A DNA stretch of 63,990 nucleotides, filler included, from Malassezia furfur (GCA_052055015.1; 4 parts of 4 records of this genome joined end to end with filler, not necessarily neighbours in it); one strand, 5' to 3'; counted from the first letter of the whole stretch, positions 10,261-22,871 are shown. Program-made: numbers and translations. The notes: generated by a model not told the origin, from the sequence alone.

Positions 10261-12231
10261 ATGATTGCTGGCAGTGCGCTTCTGCGCAACGTGTCCCGCA
10301 CGTCGGCACGCCGCGTGCCTTCTACGCCTCTCTCGTTCCGCGCGCAGTTCCATGCGACGACCAAGGCCAGCCGTGTGGTCAACACACAGCCGCTGAGTGC
10401 CAAGGCCGCTGAGCGCCCCGGCGGTGTGCCCGACCTGTCGAAGGGCTACCCGATCGTGGAGCATGAGTACGATGCGATCGTTGTGGGTGCTGGTGGTGCC
10501 GGTCTGCGCGCCGCGTTCGGTCTGGCTGAGGGCGGTCTGAAGACGGCGTGTATCACGAAGCTGTTCCCTACGCGTTCGCACACGGTCGCTGCGCAGGGCG
10601 GTATCAACGCCGCGCTCGGAAACATGACTGTGGATGACTGGCGCTGGCACATGTACGACACCGTCAAAGGTTCGGACTGGCTCGGTGACCAGGATGCGAT
10701 CCACTACATGTGCCGTGAGGCGCCGCACACGGTGCTGGAGCTGGAGCACTACGGTCTGCCCTTCTCGCGCACGAGCGAGGGCAAGATTTACCAGCGCGCC
10801 TTTGGTGGTCAGTCGCTCGACTTTGGCAAGGGCGGTCAGGCGTACCGCTGCGCCGCCGCGGCCGACCGTACCGGCCATGCGATGCTTCACACGCTCTACG
10901 GCCAGTCGCTGCGTCACAATACCAACTACTTCATTGAGTTCTTTGCGCTGGACCTGATCATGGAGGACGGCGCGTGTGTCGGTGTGATGGCGCTCAACCT
11001 CGAGGACGGTACGCTGCACCGCTTCCGCGCACACAACACGGTGCTGGCGACCGGTGGGTACGGCAAGGCATACTTTAGTGCGACCAGTGCGCACACCTGC
11101 ACGGGCGATGGTCTCGCGATGGTCTCGCGTGCCGGCCTGCCGTTGCAGGACCTCGAGTTTGTGCAGTTCCACCCGACCGGCATCTACGGTGCCGGCTGTC
11201 TGATCACGGAGGGCTCGCGTGGTGAGGGTGGCTACCTGCTCAACTCGGAGGGTGAGCGTTTCATGGAGCGCTACGCGCCCACGGCCAAGGACCTGGCCTC
11301 GCGTGACGTCGTGTCGCGTTCGATGACCATGGAGATCCGCGACGGCCGCGGTGTGGGTCCCGAGAAGGACCACATCTACCTGCAGCTCTCGCACCTGCCC
11401 GCCTCGGTGCTCCACGAGCGCCTGCCGGGTATCTCGGAGACGGCGAGCATCTTTGCGGGTGTGGACGTGACCAAGGAGCCGATCCCTGTGCTGCCGACGG
11501 TGCACTACACCATGGGTGGTATCCCTACGCGCTACACCGGCGAGGTGCTGACGGTCGACGAGCAGGGCAACGACAAGGTGGTCCCCGGCCTGTACGCCGC
11601 CGGTGAGACGGCGTGTGTGTCGGTGCACGGTGCGAACCGTCTGGGTGCCAACTCGCTGCTGGACATTGTCGTGTTCGGCCGCGCGTGCGCCAACCACATC
11701 CGCGAGAACTACGAGCCCGGCAAGCCGCACAAGGAGCTGCAGGGCGACAACGGTCAGCAGGCCATCAACGACCTCGAGGCGATCCGCACCGCGGACGGCT
11801 CGCGCACCACCGCCGACATCCGTCTGGACATGCAGCGTGTGATGCAGAGCGACGCTGCCGTGTTCCGCACGCAGTCGACGCTCGAGGAGGGTGTCGAGAA
11901 GATCGACAAGGTCGTCGCCGAGTTCCCCAAGGTCTCGGTCAAGGACCGCGGCATGATCTGGAACACGGATCTCACCGAGACGCTCGAGCTCCGCAACCTG
12001 CTCAGCAGTGCCGCCCAGACGATGCACTCGGCGGAGGCGCGCAAGGAGTCGCGTGGTGCGCACGCCCGCGAGGACTACCCCGAGCGTGACGACGAGCACT
12101 GGATGAAGCACACCCTCTCGTGGTTCGACGAGACGAACGGCGAGGTGAAGCTCAAGTACCGCCACGTCATTGACACCACGCTCGACGAAAACGAGTGCAA
12201 GCCCGTTCCGCCATTCAAGCGTAGCTACTAA
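10261..12231 (+). CDS. SDH1: Succinate dehydrogenase flavoprotein subunit, mitochondrial
   Basis: [38 protein letters not shown]; transit-peptide-like N-terminus. Confidence 0.99.
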   Translation: MIAGSALLRNVSRTSARRVPSTPLSFRAQFHATTKASRVVNTQPLSAKAAERPGGVPDLSKGYPIVEHEYDAIVVGAGGAGLRAAFGLAEGGLKTACITKLFPTRSHTVAAQGGINAALGNMTVDDWRWHMYDTVKGSDWLGDQDAIHYMCREAPHTVLELEHYGLPFSRTSEGKIYQRAFGGQSLDFGKGGQAYRCAAAADRTGHAMLHTLYGQSLRHNTNYFIEFFALDLIMEDGACVGVMALNLEDGTLHRFRAHNTVLATGGYGKAYFSATSAHTCTGDGLAMVSRAGLPLQDLEFVQFHPTGIYGAGCLITEGSRGEGGYLLNSEGERFMERYAPTAKDLASRDVVSRSMTMEIRDGRGVGPEKDHIYLQLSHLPASVLHERLPGISETASIFAGVDVTKEPIPVLPTVHYTMGGIPTRYTGEVLTVDEQGNDKVVPGLYAAGETACVSVHGANRLGANSLLDIVVFGRACANHIRENYEPGKPHKELQGDNGQQAINDLEAIRTADGSRTTADIRLDMQRVMQSDAAVFRTQSTLEEGVEKIDKVVAEFPKVSVKDRGMIWNTDLTETLELRNLLSSAAQTMHSAEARKESRGAHAREDYPERDDEHWMKHTLSWFDETNGEVKLKYRHVIDTTLDENECKPVPPFKRSY

Positions 12232-12357
12232 GTATCTCTACATAGCGGGACAGCGACCACGGCAACGACCCTCGGACCCACCCCAACGTGGAGGCCAGCG
12301 CCACGTGATTGCAGCACGGCGTGCGCGGTGGCGCTTTGCGAACGCACGATCGGCGTC

Positions 12358-12996
12358 ATGTCGGGCATCTGCCGCACCAGGTACGCCCACGCGCACCGCT
12401 CACACGCAGGCTCCAAGAAGAACGCAAGCAGTGGCGCCGCGACCATCCTTTTGTACGTGCCCGCGCCGCCAAACGCTAACGACAGGGGTTTTATGCACGT
12501 CCAGAAAAGGAGGCCGATGGCTCCCTAAACTTGCTCGTGTGGGAAGTAGGGATCCCGGGCAAGGCCAACGTACGTATCTCTTTACGCTCATCGCAGACGC
12601 CATGGGAGGGTGGCACGTACAAGCTTAAAATGTATTTCCCCGAAGAGTACCCCTCGAAGCCGCCGAAATGTACGCAGCAGCACCACCGCGACTGACCGAC
12701 AGGCAAATTCACCCCGCCCCTGTTCCACCCCAACGTGTTCCCCTCGGGCACCGTGTGCCTGTCCATCCTGGGTACGTCATGCTTCCGCGTCTTACGCAGA
12801 CGAGGAAAAAAGCTGGAAGCCGGCTATCACCATCAAGCAGATCCTGCTGGGTGTGCAGGACCTGCTCAATGACCCCAACCCGGGCGACCCCGCGCAGGCG
12901 GACGCCTTCCATCTATTTAAGCAGGACCGCGCAGCATACGAGCGCCGTGTGCGGCAAATTGCGCGCGAGATGCAGGCGCAGGGGCAGCTCGCGTAG
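12358..12996 (+). CDS. UBC9: SUMO-conjugating enzyme E2, 5 short introns
   Basis: Spliced product [21 protein letters not shown]...[37 protein letters not shown]. Confidence 0.96.
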
Positions 12997-13190
12997 CGAT
13001 CCATTTGTAGCATAGCAAGCGAGCCAACCCCGATGCCGCAGCACAACGCACCCAAGCAGCACCTTGGGCGCGCGTCGCCATCGTTTCCGCACACGCACAT
13101 TTCCGGGAATACACGAGCGACAACTAGCAAAAACACGTTGCAGTCCATGAGTGCATGGACGCAATCTGGCGTGGACAGGCACGACCGCGC

Positions 13191-13749
13191 TTACAAGCTC
13201 TCCATCTGCTGCACGACCTCGTCGAGCTCCCGCTTCGAGGCCTGGTACCTCTCCTGCGCCTCCTCGTACTTTTGTTCCCATTGGTCGCGCTCCTGCTCGA
13301 TGCCCTGGATCTGGCGCTCGAGCTGCTCCGCACGCACGTCCGTCTGGCGCAACCTGGTGTGAGCTTGGTAGAAACGTACTGCTCGACAGTTTCCTTGAGG
13401 TTCTTCTCCGAGGCGTCGAGCTGCTCCTCGAGCATGTCGATGCGGCGCTGGAGGATATCGACGTTCGACTTGTGGCTCTCGCCCTCCTCCTTGCCGACCT
13501 TGGCCTCACTGAGCTTCGACTCAGCCGTCTCGAGATCCGACTCCAGCACGGACAGCTTGTGCTGCAGGCTGGTGATCTCCTGCTCCTTCGACAGGTTGTC
13601 CTGCTCGAGCTCCTTGTTCTTCTGCTCGGCAGCCTCAGCGCGCTCAAGCGCCATATCGGCCTCCTGGCGCAGCGAGTTCAGTTTTTCCTTAATGCGGTCC
13701 TAATGCGGTGTTAGCATCGCTCTTAACATCGCATGCGCGCACATACCAT
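13191..13749 (-). CDS. TPM1: Tropomyosin; exon 1 is only the ATG
   Basis: MDRIKEKLNSLRQEAD... continuous coiled coil ending ELDEVVQQMESL. Confidence 0.92.
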
Positions 13750-14873
13750 ACTGCCGAGGTGTTGCTTGCCAGCGACACGAACGCCTCGCGCCCGGCGCCC
13801 GCGGCTCGTGTCACTCACGTGACATCGGGCTGTGACGTAGGCCACGCGTGTCCCCAAGGGACGAAACAAAGACACGCGTGGCTACGCGCGCTACACGGCA
13901 AACTATGGGGCGACGCGTCACGGCCGGTTTGGCACTCGCAGGAATCCATACTCATGCGACGTAGACACGAAGTAGCTCTCATCATTCCACGTGGTGCTGA
14001 GACCCCGCGTACCCCGCGACACAGGGCCAATCCCCTTCGGTTCCGGAGGAACCGCCCAGTGCCACGTAATGCCCCCTAGGCGGTGCGGGGCGTACCGCCT
14101 TGGCAACCACAGGCATACGCGACGGAACGAACGCTGCGCATGCATTCGCGTGGCCTCTGCTACCTCGATCACAGACTACGTTATCCCCGAGCAACCGCAG
14201 TCGTCGATGCGCCTTTTTTAACGTCTTTGGCCCGCGCGCTAGGCCGGTTGCCGGCCGACTTTTCCTTTTTCCGCTCGCCAAGCGAGGACGAGGGCCACGC
14301 GCCGCACAATTTGAGGGTCCCCCCTGGCGCTCCACACGCTCAACGCATGGCCACGCGGCAATGCGGACGCCACGTTGTCGGCTGGAAGAAGCGATAGGGA
14401 GTCTCGGCCGACGATTCATAGGAGCAAAACGATTTTTCGCTAGCATCGTTTACTAAATTCAGGAACGGGTAGCAAGTATGACATCACAGATATAAGGTTT
14501 CATTGGCTTAGAAGAGACGAGGAATACACCGAGTTCTACCTGCGCTCCTTTTTTTTTGAGTTTTATCCCGTGCGCGGTACGCGGTGCTTTCTCCGGCGTA
14601 ACAGCGCCTTGATTACACAGCGTCGGAAATTCTATCCCCCGGAACTACGTGTGGCAAGGCGTCAGAATTTGCAGTGCACTCTACAAACGTGTCTTATCCC
14701 CACAATCCCCTTCACGGCGTCTGCTCGTACTGTGGTGCGCCCACAGTCCATGTTTGGAAGACTTGTACACCTCGTTTGGACTTTGTAAGTGAGCCGCGTT
14801 CGTGCACCCTCTCCGCACCGCGCTTTATTTTTTCGACCCACCCACACCACTTCCCATCCTTTTGCGCGCCTAA

Positions 14874-16772
14874 ATGTTGCTAGGAGCGCAACAGATTGCC
14901 AACTTTTTCCAGTCACAGCCCGCATCGCCAGCGTCGCAGCAACAGCAGCAGCCCGCGGGTGCGCCGCGTCCCAAGGAGCGGCGTGCGAGCAACGACGATA
15001 TCGTCGGTCCCCGTGCACTATGGCAGCGCCATGCGACACGTTCGCGGACTCGCACGCGCTCGCGTGTGCACTTGCGTGGCGCGTACGAGCGCAGCTCGCA
15101 TGCCACATCGAGCCGGTCGCGTCCGCTACCCGACGACCACCCGCTTACGGCGCAGAACCTCGCCAAGCGTGGCTACCACACTTTCCAGTGCCTACGCGTG
15201 CCATTCCACGTCAAGAAGCGGTACACGTTCAAACGTGAATTGGGCATTGGCGCGTATGGCTGTGTGGCCCTGGCGTACGACGCCGAGACACACCAGGATG
15301 TCGCTATCAAGAAGGTGGCCAATGTGTTTGGCCGCGAGCTGCTGACGCGGCGCGCGCTGCGGGAGGTGACGAGTTTGCACTATCTGCGCGGTTGCCACAA
15401 TGTGTCGGAGCTGCTCGAGTTTGATACGAGCTTTATCGAGTTTTCGGAAATCTACCTCGTGCTCAAGGCGAGCGACGCGGATCTCTCGCAGATCATCCGC
15501 TCGAACCAGACGCTCACCGAGGCCCACATCAAGTACTTTATGGTGCAGCTGTTGCGTGCGATTCACTATATGCACAGTGTCCACCTTTTGCACCGCGACT
15601 TGAAACCGGGCAACCTCCTCGTGAACGCCGATTGCTCGCTGCGCGTGTGCGACTTTGGCATGGCGCGTGCCTTTGCGTGCCCGGCCAGTGCCCACAACGA
15701 GCTGCGCAAGGAGAAGGCCCCCATGGAGCGCACCGGCTCAGACGAGAGCGATCTGGGCGTCGCACACCCCAGCGGCGAGCTGCTGGACGCCGTGCCCGAG
15801 AGCGGCCGCGGCTCCTCGCCCGAGACGCTCGACATTGGCGGTAGCCGCGCGCCGTCGCCGTGTGGTGCCTCGTCGCGCCCGCACTCGTCGCACTTCCAGC
15901 TGCACGCGAGTGGCGAGGACGAGGGACTCAAGCGGATCGATACGTCGGGCCCTATCCAGTTCCCCGGCGGGCCGCTCACCGAGTACGTCTCGACGCGGTG
16001 GTATCGCGCACCCGAGGTGATGCTGTGCTTCCAGAACGGCTACGGCCCGCCCATGGACATGTGGAGCGTCGGGTGCATTTTTGCGGAGCTTTTGAACGGC
16101 AAGCCGCTGTTCCCCGGCAAGGACTACATCGACCAGCTGGCGCTCATCCGGCAGGTGCTGGGTGCGCCGAGCGAGCAGGTGATTGAGCGCATCGGGTCAC
16201 CCAAGGCCAAGGAGCACATGCAGTCGCTCCCGCTGTGCAGCAAAGTCCCGTGGAAGACCGTGCTGCCCAATGCGCCGGAACCGGCGCTGGACCTGCTCGC
16301 CCGTCTGCTCCACTGGGACCCAAGCAAGCGGATCAGCGCCGGCGAGGCGCTGGCGCACCCGTGGCTCGCGCGATACCGCGACGCGTCGTTTGCGATCAAG
16401 ATGCCCGAGCCGTTCAACCGCTTTGACGAGGTGGAGATGATCCGCACGCCGAGCGAGTTCAAAGACGCGCTCGAGCGCGAGAGCGCCATCATCGACCACG
16501 AGCGTGGCCCGCGTGCCATCTCGTCGTGGGACGACGGCCAGACGGACTCGTCCCAGGTCATGGTGTCCCCCGCGTCCAAGCAAGAGTGGACCAGCCACAC
16601 ACGATCAGGCAGCCCCCGGAGCGAAAGCACGATGGACACACACAAAGGCCTCGGGATGCATACGTACGACTGGACGCCTCCGTCGTCGTTTGACTCGGAG
16701 CCTGGCACCCCCGTCCACACCGGCAAGTTGGAGATGACGTCCGACCGTCACGACGATCCGTTTGAGGCGTGA
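14874..16772 (+). CDS. TEY-type MAP kinase (Slt2/Mpk1-related paralogue) with a long activation-segment insert
   Basis: GIGAYG, HRDLKPGN, DFGMAR, TEYVSTRWYRAPE, GKDYIDQL. Confidence 0.9.
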   Translation: MLLGAQQIANFFQSQPASPASQQQQQPAGAPRPKERRASNDDIVGPRALWQRHATRSRTRTRSRVHLRGAYERSSHATSSRSRPLPDDHPLTAQNLAKRGYHTFQCLRVPFHVKKRYTFKRELGIGAYGCVALAYDAETHQDVAIKKVANVFGRELLTRRALREVTSLHYLRGCHNVSELLEFDTSFIEFSEIYLVLKASDADLSQIIRSNQTLTEAHIKYFMVQLLRAIHYMHSVHLLHRDLKPGNLLVNADCSLRVCDFGMARAFACPASAHNELRKEKAPMERTGSDESDLGVAHPSGELLDAVPESGRGSSPETLDIGGSRAPSPCGASSRPHSSHFQLHASGEDEGLKRIDTSGPIQFPGGPLTEYVSTRWYRAPEVMLCFQNGYGPPMDMWSVGCIFAELLNGKPLFPGKDYIDQLALIRQVLGAPSEQVIERIGSPKAKEHMQSLPLCSKVPWKTVLPNAPEPALDLLARLLHWDPSKRISAGEALAHPWLARYRDASFAIKMPEPFNRFDEVEMIRTPSEFKDALERESAIIDHERGPRAISSWDDGQTDSSQVMVSPASKQEWTSHTRSGSPRSESTMDTHKGLGMHTYDWTPPSSFDSEPGTPVHTGKLEMTSDRHDDPFEA

Positions 16773-16808
16773 CGGCTGTCACCTGCCCCTCCCACCCACA
16801 CACCCTTA

Positions 16809-16908
16809 NNNNNNNNNNNNNNNNNNNNNNNNNNNNNNNNNNNNNNNNNNNNTTAATTAATTAANNNNNNNNNNNNNNNNNNNNNNNNNNNNNNNNNNNN
16901 NNNNNNNN
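16809..16908. other. Artificial contig linker (N44-TTAATTAATTAA-N44)
   Basis: Ns flanking a 12-mer that puts stops in all six frames. Confidence 0.98.
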
Positions 16909-18998
16909 GGCGGACGCCGCGCTCGGAGCGTGCAGAGCGCACGCCGCGGTCGGAGCGCACGGAGCGCACGGCCCGCGCCGAGCGCACGCCGCGCACCGAT
17001 GACGTGGGCGCCTCGCCAACCGCTGCGCGCTCGCCCCCCACGCGGCCCTCGCCGCGGGTCGAGCGGGCGCCGGCGGCGCCGGAGCACTCCTCCGCGGAAA
17101 TGTACCAGGCGAGCCAGTTTGCGCCGCTTCCGCGCGAGCCGTCCCCGCCGCCGCCCGAGGGCGAGATCGAGGCGCGCGCCGCGTGGGAGCAGCGCCAGCT
17201 GCAGGCGCAGCAGCGCGCGACCCAGGTCGACCTCGACCAGCCGCTCGAGATGGTGCAGCTGCCGGAGGAGGGTGCGCTCGACTACCTGCGCGAGACGGCG
17301 GGCGCCACGAGCATCCCGACGTCGCCTGCGGACATTGCCGCGCCGCGCAAGGCGTCTGGCAGCGATGCGTCACGCGTGCTGAGCACGCAGCAGCTGCAGC
17401 AGCTGCAGGCCGAGGAGCAACTGCACAGTGTCAAGGCGGTGCGTTCGTCGATGGCCGCGCACGTCGACTCGCTCGCGGGCGGCGCCAACGGGCCGTACCC
17501 CGTCGTGTCGCGCCCGGCGCCGACGCGGCGCGGCGAGCGCGTCTACGCCGGGATGCAGCCGCAGCGCAGCTTGGTGCCGCCGTTCGAGCTGCAGAACCGC
17601 TCGCTGGTGTTGCCGCCGGGCGGCGACCCCAACCGGCCTGGGCAGCCGCCGTGTCTTGAGTGCATGATGCGCGACGAGGACATGGTCGATGTCTACGTCA
17701 CCGACCCCGCCGTGTGGGAGCGTGAGAGCGATGCCGACTTTTACGACGCGATCCGCGCCGATCACGAGGAGCGCCTCGGCGGCGATGGGCGGCGCAGCCC
17801 ATGGTCGATGCGCCTGACGCGCGTGCACGTCGCCAAGGTCGCGGTCGGCGACCAGCTGAGCGCCGCGAACCTCAAGGGGCACACCCAGCAGCTGCGCATG
17901 TCGAGCGCCCAGCGCGCGCGCGTCATTCAGGCTTTTGTCACCGAACAGCGCATCCTGCTCGGCCTCGAGGCACCCGCCCCGACGCCGCGCGTCCCGCCGG
18001 CGGCCAGCACCGCGACCCCGCCGACGTCTGCCAAGCCCGCGTCCGCTGCATCGCCGGTGGCCCCCGTGCCCGAAAGTCCCGCGCCGCCGATCGCCGCGAC
18101 GCTGCCCATGACCGGCGCTGCAGCGCCGAGCGTGCCGTCGCCCGCGTCTACCAAGCGCGTGGCGGCGCCCGCTGCGACGGCCAGCGTACCGATGCCACTC
18201 GTTCCAGGTGCGCCGGGGCTGCCGAAGCACTCCACGCCACAGCTCACGAGCACACCGCCGCGCCCTGCGGCATACGAGGTGCACCAAGACCTGCGTCCGC
18301 CCGAGCGTCCGTTTGCGCGCACGCAGGGCGGCCTGTTGCCCGCGCGCAGCATGGCCGGGTTCGGGTCACAGGCGTCGCTGGTGCCGAGTGGCGACACGTC
18401 GATGATCGACATGCACGTCGGCCTCGACCCCACGCGCAGCCGTTCGGGCGTGGACGTGGGCGAGACGTCGAGTGTGCGTGTGGCCCCGACCGAGGCCGCG
18501 CCCGACACGCCCGACGCTGCACGTCTCGCGGACACGACCGACACCGCGCCGCAGGGGGCTGCGTTCGACTCCGAGTCGGACCACGACACGAGCTCTGTGG
18601 GCAAGCCCAAACGCCAGTCGTTCAAGGGCTTCTTCCGCAAGATGGTCACCGGCAAGCCGCCGCCCCTGCCCACCTCGCCGGGACAGGATCGCTCGCGCGC
18701 ACGCAAGGCACGCACCTCCGCTGCCGAGTCGGGCGGCTCGCCGGAGCTCTCGTGGGGCGACCCACACGAAGACGCCTCGCGCGCACCGTTCTGGTCCAAG
18801 CTCGGCAAGAAGCCGATCGGCACACGCTTTGCGTCTGGTGGCACACGAGCGCCCCAGCCCGCCCACGAGTCGCGCGCACGCACGAGCTCGGGTATGTCGC
18901 GTGGCGTGCGCTCAGGCGGAACCCCTGCGCCGCCGCCGCCGCCCGACGCCAACTGGCTCCTGGATAGTCCGCGCGACGCATCGGTGCGCGCACCCTAG
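16909..18998 (+). CDS. 5'-truncated Pro/Ala-rich hypothetical protein with a CLECMMRDEDM motif
   Basis: Frame is open from the contig edge; low-complexity ERTPRS repeats at the break; no recognised function. Confidence 0.7.
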
Positions 18999-19149
18999 GC
19001 TTGGTTACGATCCCCACAGATACATAGATGGCTCTTGCCCAATCCCGAGGCGGCGTCCTCGGCCCCGGTCTTCGGCCTCCGCCCGCGCCTTGTGTGCCGC
19101 GCTCGGACCTCCACTGCCCGCGCTGCCGCACTGCTCCACCTCTGCGTCG

Positions 19150-20445
19150 ATGCCCGCCGCGAACGTGACGCGCGCGGCTGCCGACGCGCAGCTCGCGACG
19201 CTCCTGCGCGAGCCAGACAGCAGTGAGAAACACACCGAACGTGCCACACAGTACGTGACGCACTTACGCAGCGCACAGCAATTCCTCAGCACCGAATGTC
19301 GTGTGTTGGTGATCGGTGCGGGGGGGCTGGGATGCGAGATCCTGGCCAACCTCGCACTGATGGGGTTCCGGCACCTCGATGTGATTGACATGGACACAAT
19401 CGACGTCTCGAACCTCAACCGACAGTTTCTCTTCCGCGATGCCGACGTAGGGCAGCCCAAAGCGACTACCGCAGCGCGGTTCGTCGAGCGCCGCGTGCCG
19501 GGCGTGCACATCACGCCATATGTTGGACGTATCCAGGACAAAGATGCCGCGTATTATATGCAGTTCCACTTGATCATTTGCGGGCTCGACTCGGTGGAAG
19601 CGCGGCGGTGGATCAATGCAATGCTCGTCAACATGGTCGACGAGTCGCATCCTGAGTCGCTCAAGCCACTCATTGATGGCGGCACTGAGGGGCTCAAGGG
19701 ACAGGCACGCGTCATCCTCCCGACCATTACGAGCTGCTACGAATGCAGCCTGGACATGCTGCCGAAACGCACCACGTTCCCTATCTGCACGATCGCCAAT
19801 ACGCCGCGCCTCCCGGAGCATTGCATCGAGTGGGCGAGCGTGCTCGAGTGGCCGCGCGTGCATGGCGACAAGAAACTCGATACAGACAACCCCGACGACA
19901 TCCAGTGGGTGCTCCAGACTGCGCTCGAGCGCGCAGAGCAGTTTCACATCACCGGCATTACCTGGTCGCTCACGCAGGGCGTGATCAAAAACATTATCCC
20001 CGCGATCGCCAGCACCAATGCTGTAATTGCAGCGGCATGCACGCAAGAGGCCTTCAAGATTGCCACATCCACGGCCGCGTACCTAAACAACTACATGATG
20101 TATGCGGGGAACGAGGGCGCTTACACCTACACATTTGATTACGAAAAACGCCCAGACTGCCCTGTGTGTGGCGGCGAGAGCCGTACCATCAGCATCGAGA
20201 AGACGGCGCCCCTCGCGCGCCTGCTCGAGATGCTCGAAGAGATGCCCGACATCCAGTGCAAGAGCCCCTCGGTAGCAACCGAGAGTGGGCCGCTCTACTT
20301 CCGCCAGCCAGAGGCGCTCGAGAAAGCGACGAGTGCCAATCTTGTCCGCACGCTCCCAGAGCTGGGCATCCAGAACGGCGATGTGCTCAACGTCACCGAC
20401 CCGCGCCTGCCCTTTGTACTGGCGGTGGCCATAGCGTACCTGTAA
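19150..20445 (+). CDS. UBA3: NEDD8-activating enzyme E1 catalytic subunit
   Basis: VIGAGGLGCE, SNLNRQFLFR, CTIANTPRLPEHCIEW. Confidence 0.96.
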   Translation: MPAANVTRAAADAQLATLLREPDSSEKHTERATQYVTHLRSAQQFLSTECRVLVIGAGGLGCEILANLALMGFRHLDVIDMDTIDVSNLNRQFLFRDADVGQPKATTAARFVERRVPGVHITPYVGRIQDKDAAYYMQFHLIICGLDSVEARRWINAMLVNMVDESHPESLKPLIDGGTEGLKGQARVILPTITSCYECSLDMLPKRTTFPICTIANTPRLPEHCIEWASVLEWPRVHGDKKLDTDNPDDIQWVLQTALERAEQFHITGITWSLTQGVIKNIIPAIASTNAVIAAACTQEAFKIATSTAAYLNNYMMYAGNEGAYTYTFDYEKRPDCPVCGGESRTISIEKTAPLARLLEMLEEMPDIQCKSPSVATESGPLYFRQPEALEKATSANLVRTLPELGIQNGDVLNVTDPRLPFVLAVAIAYL

Positions 20446-20505
20446 ACGTAGCTCGACTCCACATAAAGTAAATCGGGCACTTTTTTGAGTTTCTTCCTCA
20501 GCGCG

Positions 20506-21674
20506 ATGGATACGCACGCCGATGCCACGGCGCCAGCCACGGCCCAGGCCGCGGTGTTGATGCGCTCCGAGCCGCTCCCTGAGGGTACGCAGCAGGTACA
20601 TGGTCCCGACTTCGACAAGCTCGACCCCAACAACCTCTCGACACTCATGGACAGCATGGCATCGATCGGGTTCCAAGGCACGTCCGTGAGCGAAGCCGTT
20701 CGCATTATTGAGCGCATGGTGCGTCGTACACACTCACGCAGCGTACGTGGAGACTCTCAGAGGACCCGTCGTACAACCCCAAGGATGACGAGAATGCGTC
20801 GCTCCCGCCGGCGGACTCCCAGCATCCGAGCAACACAAAATGCACCATCTTCCTGGGTTACACGTCCAACCTGATTTCATCGGGGCTACGTGAGGTGATC
20901 CACTTTCTCGTGAAACACAAGTACGTCTCGGCCATCGTTACGACGGCGGGCGGTGTCGAAGAAGACTTCATTAAGTGCCTCGGGTCGACCTACCTTGGTG
21001 CTTTCCACCTCGATGGCGCGACCCTGCGCAAGCAGGGCCTGAACCGGATCGGCAACCTGCTTGTACCGAACGACAACTATTGCAAATTTGAGGACTGGGT
21101 CATGCCCATCCTCGATGCAATGCGCAGCGAGCAGGATACGGCGCCGCGGGAGGAAAACGGCGAGGCGTTCGCATGGACGCCGAGTCGGATCATCGCGCGC
21201 CTTGGACACGAGATCAATGATGAGCGCAGTGTGTACTACTGGGCCGCTAAGAACGATATACCCGTTTTCTGCCCTGCCTTGACCGATGGGTCGCTTGGCG
21301 ACATGATCTACTTCCACTCGTACAAAAACCCGGGGCTGACGGTCGACCTTGTGCGGGACATTCGCCGCCTCAATGACATGAGTGTCAAAGCCAAAAAAGC
21401 TGGTATCATCATTCTTGGTGGTGGCGTATGCAAGCACCAAATTGCCAATGCCATGCTGTTCCGCAATGGTGCAGATTATGCCGTGTACATCAACACCGGG
21501 CAAGAATTTGATGGTTCCGACAGTGGCGCACGCCCTGATGAGGCCGTGAGCTGGGGCAAGATCAAGAGTCAGGCCAATGGAGGCGAATCGGTCAAAGTAT
21601 ACTGCGACGCGACGATCATTTTCCCCCTGATCGTCGCCGCGACGTTTGCCAAGGCCCACCACGCGCGTTCGTAG
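20506..21674 (+). CDS. DYS1: Deoxyhypusine synthase, 23-nt intron 20719-20741
   Basis: [45 protein letters not shown]. Confidence 0.97.
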
Positions 21675-21695
21675 TCCACGCCTCCGTACTCCACC

Positions 21696-22826
21696 ATGAC
21701 CTCCACTCCGCGGCGCGTCGTGCGCGCCGTGACGCTTCTAGTGGCGCTGGTCGCCATTGCCCTTGGCGTGATGGTACGTGATGTGCTGATCCAGCCCTAT
21801 GCCGCTCCTGAACTGTTCATTTCACGCGAGCAGCGCGAAGCGGTCGCGCAATTTTTCGGTCACGCGCCGGCGTCGTCGCCGAACACGTCGCGCATTGCGT
21901 CACCCGACATGCCGCACACTAACAACTGGGCCGTGCTCGTCTGCACGAGTAAATTTTGGTTCAATTATCGCGTACGTGCTATCCTAACGCAGCACATGGC
22001 GAATACATTGGGCATGTACCGCACCGTCAAGCGGCTGGGTGTGCCCGACAGCCACATTATTCTCATGCTCGCCGACGATGCGGCATGCAACGCACGCAAC
22101 CCCTTCCCGGGCGCAGTGTGGCCGTCGATGAACAAAGACTTGGATCTGTACGGTAACGATGTCGAAGTCGACTACCGCGGCTACGAGGTGACGGTGCCCA
22201 ACTTTTTGCGCCTGCTCACCGGGCGCGTTCCAGCGCACACGCCGCGGTCAAAGCGGCTCGAGTCCGACGAGCACTCCAACGTGTTCTTGTACATGACGGG
22301 TCATGGTGGCAAGGACTTTTTAAAGTTTCAGGACTCGGAGGAGATCAGCGCCTACGATTTGGGTACGTTGCACAACTGACGCAGCCGACGCCATCGAACA
22401 GATGTGGGAAAAGCGCCGCTACCACGAGCTCTTCTTCATGATCGATACCTGCCAGGCGAGCACGATGACCGAGCACATCTACAGCCCGAACGTGCTGGCG
22501 GTCGGTAGCAGCGTCGTCGGCCAGAACTCCTACTCGGTACGTCGGGTGTCTAACCCAGTACAACATCGACAGTGACGTTGGTGTGCCCTTGATCGACCGC
22601 TTTACGCGCGCGGTGCTGCTGTACATGGAAAAGGTGGACCGTACGAGCAATAAGACGCTCCAAGACTTGGTAGGTCACGATGCTGACCCAGTTTGACAGC
22701 TTCGATGTGGCGTCCATTCACTCCGACCCATACATCCGGACAGATTTGTTTGGGCGGTCCACGGACCAGGCGCGCATCACCGACTTCTTTGGCGCGGTGG
22801 CCCAGGTCCAGCTGACGCACGTGTAA
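21696..22826 (+). CDS. GPI8: GPI-anchor transamidase, four 21-22 nt introns
   Basis: [33 protein letters not shown]. Confidence 0.95.
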
Positions 22827-22871
22827 GTATAGGTACAATCCCTACGGAGCGCGGCGCACGGGCACACCGAT

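Noticed and set aside
10252..12165. Long antisense ORFs (637 aa opposite SDH1, 692 aa opposite SMC6, and others)
   Set aside because: Expected shadows of high GC3 codon bias, with no recognisable motifs
16791..16808. CCCACCCACACACCCTTA at a contig end as a telomere
   Set aside because: Too short and not tandem; lies 20-35 bp past the MAPK stop
16853..16864. TTAATTAATTAA as a transposon target or regulatory palindrome
   Set aside because: It is identical in all three N-gaps, so it is an assembly spacer
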